A stretch of DNA of 63,961 nt, counting the filler, from Collodictyon triciliatum (lineage: Eukaryota), in assembly GCA_043381765.1 (NCBI GenBank). It is 6 parts of 6 records of this genome, joined end to end, with 100 filler letters (N's around TTAATTAATTAA, not from the genome) between each part and the next. Parts side by side here need not be neighbours in the genome. Positions count along the whole stretch, not along the records: positions 43,145 to 57,417 come from JBHJMP010001846.1; positions 57,518 to 61,157 come from JBHJMP010001999.1; positions 61,258 to 63,961 come from JBHJMP010002009.1; 3 more parts are not named here. One strand, written 5' to 3'. The notes below the pieces were generated by a model. The model was not told where the DNA came from, made no database searches, and saw nothing but the letters and a program-made list of their open reading frames with translations. Of the stretch, positions 53,701-63,961 are shown piece after piece; the stretch's first letter is position 1; each line of letters starts with the position of its first letter. A program made the position numbers and the translations under genes.

Positions 53701-56700
53701 GGGTGGGGAGTGAAAGTTCAGACAGGCACCCAACGACAGGGACAATGAGACTACGGTCTCTCTCGATGATTCCCTCGAGTATTCTGTGGGCTTTGGTTAT
53801 CTACGAGCCAGTTAGGCTGAGAGTAAAGAAGGGGAGACATGTACTCATGGATTGGAGTTAGAAATAAAACCGATATAAGGACATTAGTAATTATAATACC
53901 TCATTCTCTGGTGATATTTGCATAAAGAATGGAACATGGGGGATGAACACATCAGGCCGGCTAGAACATTCGAGGAGTTCCAAGAACTATGCACACAAGG
54001 GTGTTTCATGTAAAGAGTCAGTGAAGGATAGACTTGTGTGGCGCATACAGCAAACAAAGTATGGCCTCTTTCTTACTGTTTGGGATATCCGGGGGTGATA
54101 TGCGAAATGGACGCAAAGCAGCCTCACAAGCGTGTTTACTTCATCCATATCGGAGTCGATCTCTGACTGAAGTCGAACAAGTATTGCACATGCCACGTCC
54201 ACCTGAGCCATGAGGACAGGAAAAGACACCAGGATATAGCAAGGGCGTTTTCAGATTAAGAAAGGAAAAGGAAAAGGAAAAGGAAAAGGAAAAGGAAAAG
54301 TAAAAGTAAAAAAAAAAAGAAGATCAGACAAGACAGAAGACAAAAGACAAAAGGAAATGAAAAGTACATGCGTCTCTGCGCTCTCGAGTAGCGGCACACA
54401 CAACTCTGCAACCACGCCGAAGCCTTCCGTCAGAATCCAGTCTGTGGAGACGCTCATTCCTTCACTGCCTGAGCAACAGAGAAAGGTTCAAGTCTGCTGT
54501 GCATACCTCGTGCCGTCTTGACATGGCACAGCAGCCTCCAGGAAACTCATTTAAAAATCGGTTATGTTTTATTCATGTTTTATTTACTAGAGGCAGTATA
54601 CCACGGAAAGATTGGTAAGCCTGGTTCGCTAGTACCCAAGGTCTCACCACATTTTTCAAAAAAGATTGCGTAGTGGTGAACGCTGCCAGGAAAGACCCGA
54701 CAGCCTGTTTTTTAGAGGAAGGTGTATGCATATTTTGAAGGATTAAAAGAACTTTGTTGAGTATATTCTTAGCGCTGTTTAAGTCCCTTGTCAAGAATGC
54801 ACTTTGTTTGCTTTCTGAGCGATTGCATTCTTTACATATGAGACATCTATACACACTTTTTTGAATTTCCTTTCGGTTTCACATATTCCAGTTCTTTTTC
54901 GCAGTTACAGCACATCTTGGAGGTTCTAAATTTATTTACACTCACTGATATCAAAACGTTTGAATAGTATTTTTCGTAATCCTCTTCTGATTGTTGGCTT
55001 AAAATGTTTCATCGGAGATTTTCTGCTCCAGTCTCCATACACCAGTACAACATCCTTGCCAAATGTCTTTTCGATTCGGACCATAAACAACTGTTCACTT
55101 TTTGTATTAAGATACTGTCTTCATCTCATCTTTCGAAAAGTGATTTGTTCGTAAAATCTGGAAAATTCTATCTGGTATATTGATTTCATGGATACATATT
55201 TTCGGAATTGTTCATAATCGGCCGTGCATGAATTATGTTTACTCAGTCCTGTCTCTATATCGATTAAAGATACTCTTGATGTATCAAACTGCTGATTTTC
55301 TTCTTAAGTCCTGAGACCAAAAGAAACAGCACTCTGTAAATCTGTTTTCATCTATATCCCTGAATTATTGTACTTTTTTCTTTTTTTTCTCGCACAAGTA
55401 TTTTGTGATTTTTAAGAGATTTGTTATCGTGTCTTCTTTGGTGTGCCGTGTAAAGTAATTTCTTACCTGTCTCATCCACCATGTAAACAAAATTACACTT
55501 GCATGAGTCCACTACAACTATTTTTTTTTCGCTAATAAAGATAACTGCTCTTCGGAGAGTTCATGTATAAAGAAACATATTTGGGGTTTTTTGATTTATT
55601 TGTAATTTGAATTTGAAATACCTTTCTTTTCAAACAATAATGACACCGCCAAGCCGTCCGTTTGTATCATGTATTTAAAATTGTAGTCTCTTCGATGAAA
55701 GACCCTCTTCTTCATTTCAAAGAACTTATACCATAGTTTCTCTTTGCATCCTGATATGTTCTTCAGTAATGATATTTTCCAGACAATACTAATAGATCTA
55801 TCAAACATGCAGTATCTAGAGTAAAATGACATGGTATATTGTTAGTTCTTATAGGAATTCGTTGAAACTTTTGGTTCCAATGTGCTCAAAAATGGGATTC
55901 ATGTAAATCAGACATGGTGCGCACTTCTTTGGATTGACTTTGATATCATAATCGATACCATTTACAATATCGCTGGGAATGATATGATGCAAATGCGTTG
56001 TAGCCCATCCTTTATATTGTTCCAGTATTTCGAGATTATTGAAGATGACCTTTTTTTAACTTTCGTATCTCTGCCTTTTTAATAGCTTCCGTAATATTCC
56101 CATCTATAGGAACTGTTTGATTTATAAAGCGCAGTAACCTCTTTACAAAATGCTCCCTAATGTTATTATGATAAGCTGTTAACATTTACTTCGCCAAGTA
56201 CTGTAATACATGAGACAGCCTAACCAACGGAAAGCGATCTTCTCGGGACAAAAGGAATCGAAAATCATTGAGATAAAAAGTCATCATGTCTTTACTCATA
56301 TCTGGTTTTTTAATCATGCGGATCTATCTTGTGAAACTATTCCGACTGTCTTTAAAGTGAACAAAAAAAAAAACTTTCATTTCATCGATTGTTGGGAGTT
56401 GTGATTTCAATATGTGACATCTTGCAAACAGATGAATGCCGGTAATCAAATTATGACACAATAAAACCGTATCGTTGATTTTGCCATAATCATCCGCATT
56501 CTTTACAATCGACTTTAGAGATGTTTTCAGATTTCGATAGTCTGGGTTTACAGACTTTAGATTCTCAGACTCAAGACGTTTTCTTTTCTTCATCTGAAAA
56601 TCTTTGTTTTACTTTTTCCTTTAGAAAACTACCGAGTTTTGAATTTTTATAAAACTTTAGTCAATCAGTCAATTTAATAAATAATTTTAAAAATAACTGC

Positions 56701-56889
56701 ATAAAATAAATTATGTAAAACTAGGCATCTACCGAGACTCTCAAAATGTGCGCGTTGTTGCAAACAGACACACAAAGTTTTTTTTATAAGTGATTTGAAA
56801 CAAAACGCTGAGAGCTGATTCGGCGAGTTCGTAAGGACAGCGGTATTGCCATTGCGACTGAAAGTCAACATATCGGCCCCAAACAACAT
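44709..56889 (-). CDS. FANCD2: Divergent Fanconi anemia group D2 protein homolog (many exons; first inferred intron interrupted by a mobile element)
   Basis: Colinear blocks resemble FANCD2 as I recall it: LTFSRNGNTAVLTNSPNQLSAFLEAAV, NTLVRLLCVHFAYHPRI, IIERDRSLIVPVVGCLSELSL, SIDVVNESDLPALVSCLLKT, IPMDFAVVMVLYS and QHSFMIYIQKKLFSS..GIISA (cf. HLVIRKQLSS..GIIGA). Acidic C-terminus; stop at 44709-44711. Further upstream exons are possible. Confidence 0.66.
54567..54704 (-). ncRNA. Candidate Fanzor omegaRNA (three-stem scaffold plus a flank-derived guide of about 20 nt)
   Basis: On the - strand, just after the Fanzor C-terminus: stem 1 GCTGTCGGG/CCTGGCAGC (54682-54704), stem 2 TCACCAC/GTGGTGA (54644-54679), stem 3 CTAG..AGGC..TACCA/TGGTA..GCCT-CTAG (54587-54632). 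The position matches TnpB/Fanzor omegaRNAs. Confidence 0.55.
54587..56793 (-). mobile_element. Non-autonomous Helitron-like element carrying Fanzor1 (2207 bp)
   Basis: 5' end A|TCACTTATAAAAAAAACTTTGTGTGTCTGTTTG. 3' subterminal hairpin TACCA..TGGTA, 8 nt, then CTAG|T. No TIRs and no Rep/Hel domain. Excision restores a 54-nt GT..AG intron and the host reading frame. Confidence 0.62.
54705..56593 (-). pseudogene. Fanzor1 (eukaryotic TnpB-like RNA-guided endonuclease), disrupted by frameshifts and stops; original stop position uncertain
   Basis: Ordered motifs: NLS MKKRKR, YRNLKTSLKSI, LQYLAK*MLTAYHNNIREHF, FQRIPIRTNNIPCHFTLDT, FKYMIQTDGLAVSLLF, RuvC-I IVVVDSCK, YTAHQRR, FRKMR*RQYLNTKSE, FGKDVVLVYGDWS, PTIRRGLRK, VN(K)FRTSKMCCNC, CKEC, RuvC-III TRDLNSAKNI. 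Confidence 0.92.
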
Positions 56890-57312
56890 GATTACTGCCG
56901 CGAGTTTTGACAGTATGCTTTTTGAAATGCATGTTTGGTGGCAGGTTTACAGAGTGGGTTCTGTCTGGGTCAAAGCAAGGGCTTGTTTGCAATTTTTGAA
57001 TTTTTAAGCGATAATATTACATAAATGAAAATAAAATATAAATTGATTACAGGAATAGAACGAGATTATTGGGTATTTTTTTAACCTTACTATATACTAA
57101 TAATACTACTATATTATTCAAGTTGTTTCTTGGATTCATCAAATTTCCTGCTTTTGTCAATCAAGATTTAATTCGATGGTTGTCTGTGCAATAAATTGTT
57201 ATCTGCAGGTACACTTTCGTTGTATGAAAAGTTTGTGCCTTGAAAGGGGTAAAGCCAAGTTCGTCACAACCTTTGTAATTAAGTTTATCAATTTACAGGC
57301 TGAATGAGACCG

Positions 57313-57417
57313 AAGAGAAAGGAAAGAGAAAGGAAAGAGAAAGGAAAGAGAAAGGAAAGAGAAAGGAAAGAGAAAGGAAAGAGAAAGGAAAGAGAAAGGA
57401 AAGAGAAAGGAAAGAGA
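57313..57417. repeat. 11-bp tandem repeat (GAAAGGAAAGA)n at scaffold end
   Basis: Directly visible. Confidence 0.9.
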
Positions 57418-57517
57418 NNNNNNNNNNNNNNNNNNNNNNNNNNNNNNNNNNNNNNNNNNNNTTAATTAATTAANNNNNNNNNNNNNNNNNNNNNNNNNNN
57501 NNNNNNNNNNNNNNNNN
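57418..57517. other. Artificial scaffold-joining spacer
   Basis: 44 N + TTAATTAATTAA + 44 N. Confidence 0.97.
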
Positions 57518-57584
57518 TGCTGGCTTTTCTTGTAGGACTGCTGGGCCTGAGGTGTGTGAAACACAATGAACAAAGCGTTTGTTT

Positions 57585-58052
57585 CGTCTTGTTTTTTGTC
57601 TTGTTTTTTGTCTTGTTTTTTGTCTTGTTTTTTGTCTTGTTTTTTGTCTTGTTTTTTGTCTTGTTTTTTGTCTTGTTTTTTGTCTTGTTTTTTGTCTTGT
57701 TTTTTTTTCTTGTTTTGTTTGTTTTGTTTTTGTTTTTGTTTTTGTTTTTGTTTTTTTTTTTTGTTTTGTTTGTTTTTGTTTTTGTTTTTTGTTTTTTGTT
57801 TTTTGTTCTTTCGTTTTGTTTTTGTTTTTGTTTCTTTGTTTTTGCTTTTGCTTTTGTTTTATCGCTTTTTGTTTGTTTGTTTTTTTTGTCTTGGTTTTTC
57901 TGTTTGTTTTGTTTGTTTTTTTGTTTTAGTTTGGTATGTTGTTTTTGTTTGTTTTTTTGTCTTGGGTTTGTCTTTTGTTTTTGTTTTTGTTTTTTGTTTT
58001 TGTTTTTGTTTTTTGGTTTTGTTTTTTTGTTTTTGTTTTTTTGGTTTTTTTT

Positions 58053-58145
<93 letters not shown>

Positions 58146-58165
58146 TTTTTTTTTTGTTTTTTTTT
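57585..58165. repeat. (GTCTTGTTTTTT)n followed by a T/G low-complexity tract and poly-T
   Basis: Directly visible; the long F/K-rich ORFs here come from this tract. Confidence 0.9.
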
Positions 58166-58872
58166 GGTACATCAGATCAGAAAGTACAGCGATGTGGTTC
58201 ATCTTGCGTTTGTTTCAAGCATAAAAATGAATCTGGTGAAGGTTCTAAAGGGTGAATTCAACCACTCGCCTTGAAAAAAAATACGCAAGGAGCGTTTTTG
58301 GAATTAAAGACCACAACTTGGCGTCGGAAGAACCGGCGCCAAAAAACCGGTGCGAAGGTCTTTGCAAAGCAGGCACAAGCATCTTTTTTGGGAGCAGCTG
58401 AGTCAATCGGTACATTCTCAACAAGAGCCCTGACCTACATATATCCAGCTCATCGGTTCTGAGCAGGGCAAGATTCGTTCTCAGCACGAGAGGAAGTGCT
58501 TTAAATAAGTGAGCGTAACGCAGCACTCTTGGCCCTCTTACCAGCGCCTCTTCTGTTGCAGAATCCAGACTCTTCTGCTTTTGTCGCTGAACAATTAAGC
58601 TTTGGCGTCGTGGTGGCCGATCGCGTGCACACAAAAGCGCGAAAAACAGTGGAGCATTTCGGAAAATAAGATAAATAGCCCTATATTGGCTACAAATGTG
58701 AGATAATCCCACATATTATTGCAGATTGTATATGGCAATATCTGTATATGTTATATTCTGACTCACAATATTCTTTTCAACGTTCTGATTGGAAAATCTT
58801 CTGGTCGCTGTGACTGATAATTTCGCTCGAAGTTGACCCACATCGCCTCACACATCCTTACTAATGCTCACA

Positions 58873-59185
58873 AGAATACGCCTTCGCACACACCGGAAGA
58901 TTGGAAAGGAGTCTTGGGATTTAATGGCTTTTTTGGTAATCTGCCCAGATACTCTAGTTCACCTCCTCTCAGCACTTCTACTTCTCGCTGACATAGTGGC
59001 GCTTGGTTTACGGCAGAAGTCGTTCGACTTGGCGGGTGGCAATTACTTTCAGTTTATTACCAGGTCAGTCCATTTCCTAAAGCAAATCACACGCCCGCAA
59101 TCGGTGACCATTTAGTGTTTCTTTTCTTCTTTTTTTTTTTTTAGGGGATATAGATGATGACACAATCAAATGGCATTTGGAAAGG
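58873..59185 (+). CDS. Internal exons of a hypothetical gene
   Basis: In-phase GT-AG exons give IRLRTHRKIGKESWDLMAFL-WRLVYGRSRSTWRVAITFSLLP-GDIDDDTIKWHLER. Gene ends and identity are unresolved. Confidence 0.3.
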
Positions 59186-60108
59186 GTGGATTGTTGATAG
59201 TTAGAGAACAAACGATTCAAATTAAGAGTTGAATATAAACCTCGACGCTGGCAGTAGAATGTTATGTTATCTGAATCTTGGGTTGTTTTTTTTCGACCTT
59301 GAAGAGAGAACATGTAGATTTGGGACCTCAAACTTTTTCAATATTGCTGGATTCTCACTGATTAGTCGACGCCTCCATTCGACACCAACGATCACTGACC
59401 GAAGACTAAAGGCTGTATTGGCCCAGTGGATTCATTTTTTTCATTTTCCAGTTGGACCGGTGCGAAAGTCTAGCATACAGACATCCATTTTGCTGCTGTG
59501 CTTCAAGAAGTCCAGTTTTCTAAAGCGGAAAAAACCTGTTTGCCATCAGCTAGCTTCTTTAGAGCAATTCTCTGTTGGTCATCACTTTCTGGGTCAGGAA
59601 CTGAACATCGGGGGCGTGATTTTGTAAATTCCTCGAGTGACTGGCCCTGCAGGACGGGGCCATTTTTACTACATATTTTTTTTGGTTAACTTCAAGACTC
59701 CTGCTTGACAATTCGTTATGCAATGTGCGATTTGCATATGAGAATGCTAATCCCTTTTGAATCCAAACGAAGACGGAAAACAATAATTGTAATGTTTTCA
59801 ATACCAATCATATTTAATTAGCGTCATTCAGTCGGATTGTAAAGAAACGTGCGACACATGAGTGTCTTGTTTCATAAGTAGCACTCAAATTGGCCCTGTC
59901 CATCGTAGTTGACGTTTTGCAGCCTCGATCAAACCAGGGATGACAAAAGCAGCATAAGTTTCTTGACAACAATAGGGTCGGTGCAGGAACCGTAAGACAG
60001 GTTTGGTCGAACCAAGTACAAAAAACAAAAACCGAAGAAAAAAATTAGCCCTTTATCTCGTATTAGAAGCACACATACAGATACCACTCGAAAAGAGAAA
60101 TATGGGTG

Positions 60109-61157
<1,049 letters not shown>

Positions 61158-61257
61158 NNNNNNNNNNNNNNNNNNNNNNNNNNNNNNNNNNNNNNNNNNN
61201 NTTAATTAATTAANNNNNNNNNNNNNNNNNNNNNNNNNNNNNNNNNNNNNNNNNNNN
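61158..61257. other. Artificial scaffold-joining spacer
   Basis: 44 N + TTAATTAATTAA + 44 N. Confidence 0.97.
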
Positions 61258-61289
61258 TGTCTTTTTATATTTTATTGTGTTTTTTTGGC

Positions 61290-61320
<31 letters not shown>

Positions 61321-61496
61321 GTTCGTGTGATAAGCACCACACTCAAGCTCCTATTTTCACACCCGCTTCATGTCTCTGTTGTCTGATTTAAAAAGAAAAG
61401 AAAAGGTTGCGGCAGACACATGGTGCATTAACGAAGCAGATATCTTATGCAGAGGAAGTTTCCTCAGAGCAATTTCAGCATATAACTAAAGAGAAT

Positions 61497-61853
61497 ATGT
61501 CAGTATTCCGTAGTTTCAATAGTCAGGAATTGGCTGCGTGGCTCCACGGAGCAAATCTACACAATTTGGCCCGAAAGGTGAAGGTGTTTTCCTCCTCTTT
61601 TTTTCTTCTCTTCTCCCCATTTCAGACTAATCATACCCCAAATCGGCCATACACCACCTTTTTTTTTTCATGTACAAACCTTACAAAAACAACAACATAA
61701 ACACAGACTGGGACGGACTGCGTCACAGGAGCGGATATTTTGGACTCATCCCACACCCAAATCACCGATTTCTATGCCGAGTTTCCATCAGAGTCCGCCC
61801 ATCTCTTGGCTATGCTTTCGGCCCTTGACCCAAAAAGCCGCACCGATATATAA
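61497..61853 (+). CDS. Very small SAM-like domain protein (2 exons)
   Basis: MSVFRSFNSQELAAWLHGANLHNLARKVK-TGTDCVTGADILDSSHTQITDFY..HLLAMLSALDPKSRTDI*. The xxWLxxxxL..VTGxDIL pattern is typical of SAM. Confidence 0.5.
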
Positions 61854-62081
61854 GGCATGTCTACTCATGAAATCTGCATCCAGAAAAGGGCAAGACTATC
61901 GAAACAGGATAAAGATACGCACACGGATACCTAATCTGGATTCCCAATGATCTGTTCCCAATAAAGCTTAGTGATAGCCTCCGCAACCCAAGATCACACG
62001 ATCTAAGAGAGGAGCCCGAGTGGAAGCCGATGAGTATGTCCAGGCAGCTAAGAAAGATGATGTCACGCAGAGACACGAGAA

Positions 62082-62978
62082 ATGGGACTCCTGAAGAAGC
62101 CTGCTGAAGAAAGCGCCTACAACCAGAAGTGGGAAATCCCGATCCTGACCGCCTGTTGCCATCGTCCCGGCACATGTATGTCTGAGTCTCTTCTGCCTGC
62201 CTTTCTCTTTATTTTCTCTGCCGTTCTCTTTTTTTTCTGGAGCTCGCCTCTCTCCCGCGTTCTTTCTCAGGGAGAGTACTTCTACTTCTTTCTCGACTTG
62301 ATGCTGTTGCACGGCCTTCTCCATAGGCAAGCTTCTGTGCAGTCTCGAGTGCCAACAATCTATCGCGTTTCCCTGATATGTTTTATTCTTCACACCTAAT
62401 TATTTTTTTTTTTTTTTTTTTTTTGCTTCTCTTTTAAAAACTAATTTCTTCTGGCGCGTCGCGAGAAAGTCTGCTATGCCCTCATGTGCTCATGCCTCCT
62501 GATCAAGGATCAACGCTTTGCCCTGATCGGCGGCCCGGCAAACTATGTGTGCTGCAACTCAGCCTTTGGCTGCTGCTCGACATGCTGGAATCCATGCACA
62601 GATGTATGCCCGACTTTCTGTGCCATCTGCGAAGGCCTGTGCTGTCCTTACGTGGGCACGCTAGTCAACCGTGGTCTCATCCGCAACAAGCATCACATGG
62701 AGGTAGAAATGAACATGCAGAACTTGGCCGCGTGTCCTCCTCTTCTCACGAAAAGCATCCAACCCTCCTAGTTCACCGACTGTGAAGAATGCCTGCTGAC
62801 CACGATCTGCGTCTGCCAATGGGTGTGTTGCATCCTCTCCATCCTGAACAACGGACGCAATCCTGCAGATGACATTGTCGATTGCATGATGTGCTGCCTC
62901 ATCGGCTGCTTTGGTGCGCAGCAGGAGGTCGAGATGGAGAAGCGTGGGGACTACGGAAAGCCCCAAGTCATGCAGTGA
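62082..62978 (+). CDS. PLAC8/cornifelin-family Cys-rich protein (3 exons)
   Basis: WEIPILTACCHRPGTFCYALMCSC, YVCCNSAF, CPTFCAICEGLCCP..NRGLIRNKHHME, CMMCCLIGCFGAQQEVEM (terminal QxxxE motif). Confidence 0.78.
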
Positions 62979-63875
62979 GCTCCTCGACAACATCTCAAGC
63001 GCGCAGACAGCGGCGCTGAAATCCATGGATAAAACGTCCGAGAGGAAAAGCCCTCAACAGGACATGTATGCATGTGTGGTGAAAGAAAGGAAAGGATCAC
63101 GCTGAGGAGCTCTGATGGAATATTCTGTGTCGCTTTCAGGTATCCATCAAATATAGGGGTTAAGACAGTTTTTGTGATGGCAGAGCGAAGTGAAAAGGAA
63201 AAAAAAAGAATGAAAAGATGAAAAGGAAAGAAAGGTAACAATATTTGGAGCGTTTGTTGGTGCCATCGATGCTCATTGATAAGAAACGTTTACGCAGCCA
63301 TTTCTCACTCAACTTTTTGCTCCAGCTCGTATTCTGAGAGGACATGTGAATGGTTGATATTTAACCATACTTTCATACTTTGCAATACAACTCTAGCTTT
63401 ACCTATGACACGTAGAGGTTGGCGGCTGCAAGACCATTTTATTCTATTCTATAATTTTTTTTTACTTGTTTATTTACTTTATTAATGCTATTCAACGAGA
63501 TGCTCCTACTTCTGCCGACCAAGATAGACACCTGAAAATGGGATCATCTTGCACCGCGTCGGGAGATAAGTTTTCTGTTAGCGCATCATCTTCGGAAGCG
63601 ATTGTATGCGACGGAACAAAGCTGAACGAATGGAATGGTTGGCATTTACAGAGCCCCGCCACGAAACTATGATTATCCCGAAAATACTCAACCTCAGACG
63701 AGCTGCTGTGAATTAAAAGCGTTCGGCTGCAGAAAGCGATGTTGAGAATATATGAAAAGGGTTGATTGAGCCGCGGTTTTTTTACGTGTGAGTGAGTGTG
63801 CGTTTTATTCTGTTGGGCTCGGCACCCAGTTGGTCGTGGCATATGCATGCAGTCTATTAATGCTGTTGCCCTCTA

Positions 63876-63907
<32 letters not shown>

Positions 63908-63961
63908 CCCGCTTTTTTTTTTTTTTTCCTGGTTTTTTTTTTTTTTTTCCTTTTGGGAACA

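Noticed and set aside
54550-56694. 9-bp direct repeat TTTAAAAAT (54550-54558 and 56686-56694) as a Mutator-type TSD of the Fanzor element
   Set aside because: It is pure A/T in AT-rich DNA with no TIRs inside it. The Helitron-type boundaries better explain the hairpin, the CTAG end and the restored intron. Not fully excluded without other copies.
57462-58274. Long Lys- or Phe-rich ORFs, and similar ORFs over other microsatellites and N gaps
   Set aside because: They are translations of low-complexity tracts or Ns.
63100-63848. Partial - strand gene at the window end
   Set aside because: Exon-like pieces exist, but I could not build a consistent frame or recognise a product.

Overview
Eukaryotic, intron-rich, protist-like genomic DNA; the organism cannot be identified from the sequence. 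The window is not one locus. Five identical 100-nt spacers (44 N + TTAATTAATTAA + 44 N) join six unrelated scaffolds. Recognisable genes: a TBC1D13-like RabGAP, an EMAP II/Arc1p-type tRNA-binding protein, tRNA-Arg(TCT), threonyl-tRNA synthetase, RPL15, a DUF4795-like coiled-coil protein, IBA57 (partial), a two-domain membrane cyclase-like protein lacking catalytic residues, QDPR (partial), a divergent FANCD2 and a PLAC8 protein, plus several hypothetical genes. The main finding is a 2.2-kb element at 54587-56793 (- strand). It has Helitron-type ends (A|TC ... hairpin ... CTAG|T) and carries a decayed Fanzor1 (eukaryotic TnpB-like RNA-guided nuclease) gene followed by a three-stem candidate omegaRNA. 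It sits inside the first inferred intron of FANCD2. Removing it restores a 54-nt intron and the FANCD2 frame, and predicts a guide/TAM that matches the element-free allele. All gene models were spliced by eye and no database searches were run.
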